IMG/VR virus record: IMGVR_UViG_3300043395_004142
DNA: 64,000 bases
Origin: a virus
Strand: one strand, 5' to 3'
The number at the start of each line of letters is the position of its first letter. Within the stretch, counting starts at the first letter, position 1. The notes under the pieces were generated by a model. The model did no database searches. It saw only the letters and a program-made list of their open reading frames with translations, and was not told the origin of the DNA. The translations under genes were made by a program, and so were the position numbers. Shown piece by piece: positions 56,890 through 64,000 of the stretch.

Positions 56890-59800
56890 ATGAAAAACCG
56901 TTACCCTGGCAAGTGCGGCAAATGCGGCGTCAACGTTCCCGTGGGTGCGGGTGACTGGACCGCGGGGGTTACCACCTGCGCTGCGTGTGGTGGTGCACCC
57001 AAGGCTGAGGAGAACCGGGTCCGGTTTACCCTCGCCGGGCACCAGGCGGCCGTGAAGCCCCTGGGTTACCTCGACAGTAAGTTCAATGACTACCGAGCGG
57101 CCGTGAATGGTAGCCGGTTCGACGGCAACACGAAGTCCTACCTTGTAGACTTCGACAAGGTCGCGAAGGTCGTTGCGGCGCTTCAAGCCGCCGGGTTTGT
57201 CGTGGATGTCTCTCCAGAGGTGGCCGCACGGGCACAGGCAAAGGCTTCTCAAATCCACGTCGATGTCGCAGGGGCGGATCTCCGAGCGGACAAGGCGGAT
57301 GAGATTCTCCGTAAGCGGGGGCTGTATCTCTTCCCATTTCAGCGGTCGGGCGTCAAATGGCTCGCCTCCCGTACCGGGGCCTTGCTCGCCGATGAAATGG
57401 GGCTCGGGAAAGCCCAGCCAATCTCCGAGCCCGTCCTCACTCCATCAGGTTGGCGTCCTATCGGGGATCTCCGTGTTGGAGACGAGGTGATTGGCTCAAA
57501 CGGTTTGCCTACCAGAGTTACGGGCGTGTTTCCGCAAGGCGCGAAGGAAATCTTCGAAGTCACCCTGACGGACGGTGCGAACACGAGATGTTGTGAGGAG
57601 CACCTGTGGAGCGTTCAAACGCCGAATGATCGATTCCGTGACGGAAAACATCGAGTTATGTCGCTCAAAAATATCATGGAGAGCGGGCTCCAACACACGT
57701 CTGGGTTTAAGTGGTTCGTACCGGTAGTCGAACCGGTTCAGTTCTCGGAGAAAGAATTTCCCGTGCACCCTTACGTGCTAGGAGCGCTCATCGCGAACGG
57801 CAATTTGGGAACTTCGACGCTTCACAGTGGTCAGGCTGAACAACGCTCGATGATGGCGCCTTATCTCCCGAATGGCTTGAGCTTTAACTTCTCGGAAGGT
57901 GTTACCTATCGCATTGCGACGGAACATGCTGGTGTCCCAAACCAGCTAACCCGATCGATTGAAGCGCTCGGCCTCCAATTCACCGAGAGTCACACCAAGT
58001 TCATCCCCGGAATGTACCTCTTCGGATCAGTACAACAACGCCGGGATCTGCTCGCTGGTCTTATCGACAACGACGGCACCATCTCCAAGGACGGCGCGAC
58101 CATCGAGTACAACACAGTGTCACCTCAATTGGCTAAAGATGTGGTCGCTCTTGTTAGATCACTAGGTGGATCTGCGTGGGTGTCAACTCGAATCCCGAAG
58201 TACACTTACAAAGGAGAGAAGAAAGAGGGGAAGGTCGACTATCGGATCCGTATGGCTCTTACATTCTGTCCCTTCCGAGTGTCTTGGAAGCTTGATCGAT
58301 ACGTGCCTCGGTCCAAGTACCCCCCGGCGCATGCAATTGAATCTATCAAACCCATCGGAACCGAAGAGTGTGTATGCATCTCTGTAGATGCTGCCGATCA
58401 TCTGTACGTGACCAAGGACTATATTGTCACGCACAACACGATCCAGGCGCTGATCTCGATCCCGGAGGGAGTCCCCGTGCTCGTGATCGGCCCCGCGGTG
58501 GCCAAGGGCGTATGGGCGCGTGAAGCCGCCAAGTGGCGCCCGGACCTCAAGGCCAACGTCCTCTCGGGGCGGGGTTCCTTCCGATGGCCCGAGCCCGGTG
58601 AGATCCTGATCACGAACTACGACATCCTGAGTGACCTCCCTGAGACCGAGGTGGCTCCGGCGAATGTCGTCGTGATCGCTGATGAGGCCCACGCGGTCAA
58701 GTCGACTAAAACAGGCCGAGGAAAGCGCTTCCGGGTCATCTCTACCCTTGCCCGCAAAGCTGGGGGGAAGGTTTGGCTTCTTACGGCAACCCCTCTCCTG
58801 AACAAGCCCACGGAGCTTTGGAGCATCCTTGGGGCGGCGGGCCTCTCGACCGAGGCTTTCGGATCGTGGAAGAACTTCGTGGGGGTCTTCAACGGGCACC
58901 AGGACGACTACGGGTATGTATGGGGAACTCCCGATCGTGAGGTTATAGGAGAGCTTCTGCGCAAGGTCCAACTTCGGCGCCTTCGCGCTGAGGTGCTTCC
59001 TGACCTGCCCACCAAGCAGTGGCGTGAGATCCCTGTCACCCTCGATAGCAGCACTCGTAAGCAGTGTGACAAGGTTCTGGAAGCCCTGGCCAAAGGTGCT
59101 TCGAAAAAGAAGGTCAAGGGATCAGACCTGACGGCGGAGCAAGCGGAAGCCTTGCTCACGGATCTCGGAGCTATCTCCTCCAAAGACTGTCCTGCGTTCG
59201 AGGAGATGGCGAAGGCTCGTGCCGCCTTGGCGAAAGCCAAAATCGAGGCGATGCTTCAAATCGTCGAGGAGTACGAGGAGCAGGAAGAACCCCTCGTGGT
59301 CTTCTCGGCCCACCGCGCCCCCATCGATCTCTTGGAGGGTCGTGAGGGGTGGGCGGTCATCACGGGTGATACTCGCCCGGAGGACCGCACGAAGATCGAG
59401 GATGCCTTTCAACGTGGAGAACTTCGGGGCATTGCTTGCACAATCAAGGCGGGGGGTGTAGCTATCACCCTCACTCGTGCTTCTCATGCGCTTTTCGTAG
59501 ATCTGGAGTGGACCCCGGCACTCAACGCGCAGGCGGAGGATCGGATCTGCCGCATCGGACAGTCGCGAGGGGTGATCATCACTATCCTTGTAGCAGATCA
59601 CCCCCTCGACATAAGGATCGCACAGCTTCTCGCTCAGAAGCGAGTCTACATTGAGGGGTCCGTGGATGCGGCCCGCTTGGTCAATGGGGTAGACCCTGAG
59701 ATTCCGGTCATGCCGGAGATAGACTTTCAGGCTCTTGCGGCCAAGGCCGCAGAAGAAGCCGAGAAAGCCGAGAGGGCACTTCTTGCCTCGAAGGAGCGTC

Positions 59801-60129
59801 AGGCCCTTTACGAGGCGGAGAAGGCAGCGGCACAGGCCGCTAAGCGTGCAATCCGTGAAGACTTGATGGCTCCCGGCCGTCGACCGGCGAAGACGGCTCG
59901 TGAGGAGTGGGCCGCGGAAGCTCTAGGGATCCTGGCGGGTATGGATCCGGATCGTGCCCGTGAGCAAAATGGGATTGGTTTCAATGGGGCAGATGGACAG
60001 ATGGGGCACAATCTTGCCCGTCAAGTGTATCTCGGTTTGACTGAGGCACAGTGGCAGCTCGCCTTGGAGATTTGCCCCAAATACTGGCGCCAGGTAGGTC
60101 GTCCCCCAGCAGAGAAAATTGAGTCATGA
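56890..60129 (+). CDS. SNF2-family DNA helicase with N-terminal zinc ribbon, interrupted by an intein in motif I
   Basis: CGKCG...CAACGG ribbon. LADEMGLGK|intein|TIQALI reconstitutes DEMGLGKT. Further along: DEAH-like VVIADEAHAVKS, LLTATPLLNKPTELWSIL and helicase-C QAEDRICRIGQSRGV. The ORF track offers an upstream GTG/TTG at 56794. Confidence 0.75.
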   Translation: MKNRYPGKCGKCGVNVPVGAGDWTAGVTTCAACGGAPKAEENRVRFTLAGHQAAVKPLGYLDSKFNDYRAAVNGSRFDGNTKSYLVDFDKVAKVVAALQAAGFVVDVSPEVAARAQAKASQIHVDVAGADLRADKADEILRKRGLYLFPFQRSGVKWLASRTGALLADEMGLGKAQPISEPVLTPSGWRPIGDLRVGDEVIGSNGLPTRVTGVFPQGAKEIFEVTLTDGANTRCCEEHLWSVQTPNDRFRDGKHRVMSLKNIMESGLQHTSGFKWFVPVVEPVQFSEKEFPVHPYVLGALIANGNLGTSTLHSGQAEQRSMMAPYLPNGLSFNFSEGVTYRIATEHAGVPNQLTRSIEALGLQFTESHTKFIPGMYLFGSVQQRRDLLAGLIDNDGTISKDGATIEYNTVSPQLAKDVVALVRSLGGSAWVSTRIPKYTYKGEKKEGKVDYRIRMALTFCPFRVSWKLDRYVPRSKYPPAHAIESIKPIGTEECVCISVDAADHLYVTKDYIVTHNTIQALISIPEGVPVLVIGPAVAKGVWAREAAKWRPDLKANVLSGRGSFRWPEPGEILITNYDILSDLPETEVAPANVVVIADEAHAVKSTKTGRGKRFRVISTLARKAGGKVWLLTATPLLNKPTELWSILGAAGLSTEAFGSWKNFVGVFNGHQDDYGYVWGTPDREVIGELLRKVQLRRLRAEVLPDLPTKQWREIPVTLDSSTRKQCDKVLEALAKGASKKKVKGSDLTAEQAEALLTDLGAISSKDCPAFEEMAKARAALAKAKIEAMLQIVEEYEEQEEPLVVFSAHRAPIDLLEGREGWAVITGDTRPEDRTKIEDAFQRGELRGIACTIKAGGVAITLTRASHALFVDLEWTPALNAQAEDRICRIGQSRGVIITILVADHPLDIRIAQLLAQKRVYIEGSVDAARLVNGVDPEIPVMPEIDFQALAAKAAEEAEKAERALLASKERQALYEAEKAAAQAAKRAIREDLMAPGRRPAKTAREEWAAEALGILAGMDPDRAREQNGIGFNGADGQMGHNLARQVYLGLTEAQWQLALEICPKYWRQVGRPPAEKIES
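57412..58437 (+). mobile_element. intein (342 aa) with two LAGLIDADG motifs, Ala at position 1
   Basis: Starts AQPISEPVLTPSGWRPIGDLRVGDEV (block-A-like). LGALIANGNLG and LLAGLIDNDGTI. Ends YIVTHN with +1 Thr, the T of GKT. Confidence 0.7.
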
Positions 60130-60133
60130 CGTC

Positions 60134-60296
60134 ATGACCAAGCCCTACGGAATAACAAGCCCGGCTTTGCCCGATAAATCAAAGTTGCCCACCCAAGGAC
60201 GGAGTTCCCCAGCCACGAGACCACGGCACACGACGATGACGGGGAGCAGGTCCGATCGAGCGAAGAGATGCATTGCGCGGGGGCCACATCCCCATA
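60134..60296 (+). pseudogene. decayed partial duplicate of gene 23927..24346
   Basis: MTKPYGITSP matches MSKHKPYGMMTP. 60201..60284 is ~85% identical at DNA level to 24049..24132 (ggagttcccc...gcgcgggggcc). An internal ~50-nt deletion/frameshift and an early stop are present. Confidence 0.5.
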
Positions 60297-60342
60297 GAAA
60301 AGGGGACGATCGTAGATGCGGTTGGGGACGCCCTTCAGGCCC

Positions 60343-60753
60343 TTAAGATTCACCAACACCTACAACGGGATCGAGATCGTAATATGGAAGCGCGCCATCA
60401 GGGAGGGGCTCTACCTTGATCAGATTCCGTCCGATTGCCTCATAAAAACCCATGTGCCTATGACACGAAGCACAACAATAGCCTCGTGGGCGAGCGAGCG
60501 ATCTTATGATGTGAAGGCCCATGAGCGTCGCGCCATGTTCACGAACCCAACGTTTGAGTTGTTTCTTTCGAATGCGCCGATTCCGACTCCGCCTCGGACC
60601 AGGAGCTATCTTGGGTGGCGGAGGTATCAAGCGTTGGTGGAGGACGCCCCCACACGTACATTGAAGCTCGGTTGCCGGTCCGAGCGGTTCATCCGGCCGC
60701 TTCGTTTCTAGCGCCTGTCGAATAATCTTTTCCGCAATTTCATTCGAAATCAT
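60343..60753 (-). CDS. hypothetical protein
   Basis: 136 aa. Lies co-directional, directly downstream of the HNH gene on the minus strand, with AAGGGA SD. A competing plus ORF 60316..60711 cannot be excluded. Confidence 0.35.
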   Translation of the reverse strand: MISNEIAEKIIRQALETKRPDEPLGPATELQCTCGGVLHQRLIPPPPKIAPGPRRSRNRRIRKKQLKRWVREHGATLMGLHIIRSLARPRGYCCASCHRHMGFYEAIGRNLIKVEPLPDGALPYYDLDPVVGVGES

Positions 60754-60921
60754 TTCAATCCGTCCCTTTGATATTACAGAGAGGGTACAATCGCCGATCC
60801 ACCCGGCCGATATATACCTCCCGTCTTGGGAAGGACGTAATGGTTCTCGCCGGCCTTGGTGACCGCGTACTTGAGGGGCATAACCGTGCTTTCGCTGAAG
60901 GAACCCGACCCTAGCACGTTT

Positions 60922-61263
60922 CTAGGGTCGGGGGGATACGCCGAGTCCGGCGTACTGGATCGGGGCGTGAACCCACCGGAGAAACGCCTTCTGGCCCATA
61001 GCTTCCCGAATCTTAGAGAGCCGGGCGGCGGTCCATAGGAAGGAATGATCCCCGCGGATATAGTTGCAAACCCAATGGGCGGGCGCGAGGTTCCATTTCT
61101 TGTCGGAGCCCCCACAAGAAAGGGGAATGAGGTGCTCGACGGTCAGATTCCTCGTGATGATCTCACCGCAGAGAACGCAGCACCCATTGAACAAACGCAT
61201 CAACCCGCGCCGCAAACACACCTGCTGCTTGTCGTTGCGCGGTCGCTGACGGGAGCGTCCCAT
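60922..61263 (-). CDS. HNH endonuclease
   Basis: CVLCGE...LTVEHLIPLSCGGSDKKWNLAPAHWVCNYIRGD is a canonical HNH Cys/His/Asn arrangement. ATG 61263 lies 7 nt after the upstream stop; the ORF track extends to 61317. Confidence 0.65.
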   Translation of the reverse strand: MGRSRQRPRNDKQQVCLRRGLMRLFNGCCVLCGEIITRNLTVEHLIPLSCGGSDKKWNLAPAHWVCNYIRGDHSFLWTAARLSKIREAMGQKAFLRWVHAPIQYAGLGVSPRP

Positions 61264-61270
61264 CGACTTC

Positions 61271-61987
61271 TCATGGTTTGGGGGGTAGCGCCTTCGACTT
61301 CTTGCCCGGTAGACCACGTGCGTTCGCTTTCATGTTGGCTTCCGCTTCCGCGATGCGTGCCTTACGACGCGCTTCGATGGCATCCTGAGTGCCCTGAGAA
61401 AGAACCTTGTGGGCGCGGTTGAAGGCGATACTGATTGTCTCGTCGCACACTCGGCCTGGGACCGGCTTCTTGGGATCCAAGGTCGGGTTGGAGATGTCGA
61501 AGAGGCTGTCCGAGAGCCGAACGACCCCGCCCCCCGTAACCGGGAAGAGGAGGGTTAGACCGATGACACGCTCTTCATACGTCATACGATCGCTGCGGAA
61601 GGCACTGCGAACCGTGACCTTATACCCGCTCGTCGAAAGGGCCACGAGTTCGAGCCCGGAGACCCCTTGAGCATTGAACATGAGGTCGAAAGGGAGCCAA
61701 TAGTCCAGGGCCTCAAAGCCGGACTCCCCTTCAATGGGATACGATTGAAGAGGTTCTAGTTGATGGTTCTGAGGTTCTCCGTTCTGTAGGTCTGCAACGA
61801 AGGAAAACAGCACACCCCCATCTGAGACCCCGCCACGTCGAAGGGTCTGGATACGGAAGTGCTCGGGGGCATCCGCGGGGTTGAGAACAGGTCGTGGGGC
61901 CGAGGCTTGAAGAAGCATAGGCGCTGTACTACACTTTCTGCGTGGCTTTGCCTGACAAATAGATTGATCCTTTGTTTGACCCGACAT
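61271..61987 (-). CDS. hypothetical protein
   Basis: 238 aa, non-biased. Confidence 0.5.
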   Translation of the reverse strand: MSGQTKDQSICQAKPRRKCSTAPMLLQASAPRPVLNPADAPEHFRIQTLRRGGVSDGGVLFSFVADLQNGEPQNHQLEPLQSYPIEGESGFEALDYWLPFDLMFNAQGVSGLELVALSTSGYKVTVRSAFRSDRMTYEERVIGLTLLFPVTGGGVVRLSDSLFDISNPTLDPKKPVPGRVCDETISIAFNRAHKVLSQGTQDAIEARRKARIAEAEANMKANARGLPGKKSKALPPKP

Positions 61988-62018
61988 AGAAGCGGATCTC
62001 TCAGGTGCTTAGGCACTT

Positions 62019-62043
62019 TCAAAAGGATTTACCGGGCAAAGCC
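62019..62043 (+). promoter_or_regulatory. conserved intergenic motif copy (tcaaaaggatttaccgggcaaagcc)
   Basis: Near-identical to the copy at 29219. Overlaps the last codons and stop of minus ORF 62029..62370. Confidence 0.4.
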
Positions 62044-62370
62044 TTTCTGCTTCTCCGATAGCAAGACCCCACAACCCTTGTTCAGGCAGAAAAGCTCAAT
62101 CGTATCAGGCCAATCTACGCGGAGAATACGCCGTACCATCATGCGGCAGTGGGGGCACTTCCGACCAATCTTGGACTCTACCTCCCTCGCCGTAGAGCCC
62201 TGGTACAACCTTCGAAAAAGGCGCACCCACTCAAAAGGTTCGATGAGCGTGTCATCGCCCATGCACGTCAGGTAAGAGTGATGTGCCTCAACTGGGCTTT
62301 GCCTAGAAAGTCCCTTGTGAGGACGTTCTAGGCTTCGGCCAGACTTCATCAACGTCATAGGTCTCTCCAC
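62029..62370 (-). CDS. hypothetical zinc-ribbon protein
   Basis: 113 aa with CPHC...CLNKGC. Confidence 0.45.
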   Translation of the reverse strand: MERPMTLMKSGRSLERPHKGLSRQSPVEAHHSYLTCMGDDTLIEPFEWVRLFRRLYQGSTAREVESKIGRKCPHCRMMVRRILRVDWPDTIELFCLNKGCGVLLSEKQKGFAR

Positions 62371-62544
62371 GAGATCTACTCCTCAGAAGCCATGATACCC
62401 CGCATCCAGCCGAACGGCACTGGCCGTTTTTACAGCTCTTTTAGAGCCCAGCTTCTTCCGCTTTGACTCCTAGATCCCTCAAAGGGGATCAACAATCCCC
62501 CTCAACTGCAACCGTAGAAGCTTTCCTAAAAGAGGGGTTTGCCC

Positions 62545-63129
62545 TCACAACGAGTGACTACGCCTGCTGTGCCGAAGCATGTTCAGAAACAACAGCCCTT
62601 GCTCAATAGCATCATCTGAAGCGACGTGGGTATGCTTAGGAAGACCGTGAAACCATTCGCGGGGCATGTTTTTCTTGGTCGTTTCTCGAAATGGTGTTTT
62701 TAGTACAGCACATGCAAACGTCTTAATGTCCAGGCAAGAGAACGAGAACGGACTGTCCCCAGCAAACCTCCGTAAGTACCAGTAGATCCACATGAAGTCA
62801 TAGCCCGCCGGGTAAGCGACGCATACAGGCTTGCCCCCTAGTCCCTTCACCCACGCGACGAATTCCTTCATGGCAACATGGGGATCGACCTGGTTCTGGC
62901 GGCAAGCTTCCCACGCATTCTTGTTTTCCTCCCGCCCCCACCAGGCCATCGTGTCCGGGTCACCCTCCGAGCCAGGCAATTCCGTGAGGTTCCTAGTGAA
63001 GATAGAGGGCTTCCCCTGAAGAAGCCCGGGTTCTATAGCGAAGGCAGCGGCCCCGAAACTGAGCATCGAGTTGGGGCCAGGGATGGGCCCGTTTGCCTCC
63101 ACGTCTACACTTACATAGATCTCTGTCAT
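62545..63129 (-). CDS. DEDDh-type 3'-5' exonuclease
   Basis: Exo I VSVDVEANGP (DxE) and Exo III HVASDDAIEQGLLF (H-x4-D) are present. 194 aa. Confidence 0.6.
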   Translation of the reverse strand: MTEIYVSVDVEANGPIPGPNSMLSFGAAAFAIEPGLLQGKPSIFTRNLTELPGSEGDPDTMAWWGREENKNAWEACRQNQVDPHVAMKEFVAWVKGLGGKPVCVAYPAGYDFMWIYWYLRRFAGDSPFSFSCLDIKTFACAVLKTPFRETTKKNMPREWFHGLPKHTHVASDDAIEQGLLFLNMLRHSRRSHSL

Positions 63130-63203
63130 AGTGAGAGGTCACTACACCGATGAAATAGGAAAAGGCCGGGGTGGCCTTGACCACCCCGGCCTTCAGTGAT
63201 ACC

Positions 63204-63983
63204 TCACGCCTTCCCGCGGGAAGCGGCGGAGTTGTCCTTCGACTGATTGAGCTGCATGGCCGCCTCGAAGGCGTCGCGCTTGCTCGAACCCTCGATGGCC
63301 TTCGTCGCGATGGACTCGACCTTCGCGTTGGCCGCATCGAGCTGCGCCTGGAGACGCGCATTGGCTGCGTTGGACGCTTCGAGCTGCTTGGTTAGATCGT
63401 TGATTTGGGCCTGCTGGATGCGGGCGTTCGTCTCCATGTCCTTCGACTTGAGAGCGAAGTCCTGCTCCAGGTTTCGCTTGAGGGAGTTCGTCGCGATGGC
63501 CACTGCTGCGTCGGTCTCCTTCTTCAGGCGATCCGGGAAGCCCGTGACCTCCTCGCGGAGCTTCACGACATCGGCCTCCTGGGCTGCGAGAGTGACCTCG
63601 CGCTGGGTCCAGGTGCGCTCCTGCTCCTCCTGCCGGATCGCATTGTTGCGAGCCTGGACGCGCATCTTCTCGTTGAACTCGTCCTCGACGCGAGCGCGCT
63701 CCTGGGTCTTCCTGTACTCGTACTCATCGCGCTCACGCTTGCGCTGATCCGCGAGGAGCCGATCCTCGTCCTGACGGCGACGAGCCCTCTCGGCCTCCTC
63801 ACGCTCGAAGCCAGCCTTGCGCTCGTCGTAGGCTTCCTCCAGCTCCTTGTTCTTGGCATCGTAGTCCTGAACGAGGATCGCAATGCTGGTGGCTGCCACG
63901 TCGAGCTTGTGGAGGTTCTCCAGCTCCTCCTTTTCGAGCCGCACGGCCTCCGTGGTGTCCGCCAGCTCCTTCGCAGTCTCCAC
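63204..63983 (-). CDS. coiled-coil protein (may extend beyond window end)
   Basis: 259 aa and highly charged (E/K/R/A/Q-rich heptad-like). The start codon is 17 nt from the window edge, so the true start may lie outside. Confidence 0.5.
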   Translation of the reverse strand: METAKELADTTEAVRLEKEELENLHKLDVAATSIAILVQDYDAKNKELEEAYDERKAGFEREEAERARRRQDEDRLLADQRKRERDEYEYRKTQERARVEDEFNEKMRVQARNNAIRQEEQERTWTQREVTLAAQEADVVKLREEVTGFPDRLKKETDAAVAIATNSLKRNLEQDFALKSKDMETNARIQQAQINDLTKQLEASNAANARLQAQLDAANAKVESIATKAIEGSSKRDAFEAAMQLNQSKDNSAASRGKA

Positions 63984-64000
63984 GAGCTTCTCGTTGATGT

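Noticed and set aside
60316-60711. 131-aa plus ORF competing with minus ORF 60343..60753
   Set aside because: Both have SD-like upstream sequences. The minus ORF is kept at low confidence because it continues the minus-strand run with the HNH gene. The plus ORF becomes Arg-rich toward its C-terminus. This remains unresolved without homology or expression data.

Overview
This 64-kb window is about 60% GC and densely coded on both strands. Most ORFs have no family I can recognise from sequence. The identifiable genes point to a large tailed dsDNA virus (jumbo phage) or a big integrated mobile element of a high-GC prokaryote. Many starts carry Shine-Dalgarno-like sequences, several genes are followed by hairpin terminators, and ATGA start/stop overlaps are common, all of which fit a prokaryotic gene layout. 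Virus-like genes include a tail-fibre-like protein with repeated TDPGH[IV]H motifs, an 804-aa beta-helix tailspike-like protein, an ATP-dependent DNA ligase, an SNF2-family helicase, a small RecA/Sak4-like ATPase, a DEDDh exonuclease, an HNH endonuclease, and two LAGLIDADG inteins. One intein sits in the SNF2 P-loop and has the Ala-1 arrangement; the other has a classic Cys-1/HN-Cys arrangement in a protein of unknown function. Cellular-type genes are also present: de novo pyrimidine synthesis genes pyrD-pyrC as an overlapping pair and pyrB about 46 kb away, a flotillin/NfeD pair, a J-domain protein, and a GHKL-type ATPase. Mobile DNA includes an apparently intact TnpB (IS605 OrfB-type RNA-guided nuclease) with a possible downstream omega-RNA region, an IS5-family transposase fragment, and a decayed duplicate of a resident gene. 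A conserved motif of about 25 nt (core TTACCGGGCAAAGCC) recurs in intergenic regions, at least twice about 40 nt upstream of start codons, and looks like an element-specific promoter. Downstream of pyrB lies the best candidate for an undescribed system: a compact XRE-regulator plus two tandem paralog cassette with an operator-like palindrome and a terminator hairpin. I also noted two paralogous HExxH proteins, a perfect 27-bp palindrome in a divergent promoter region, and four perfect in-frame tandem duplications. All functional calls come from motif recognition by eye; no database search was run.
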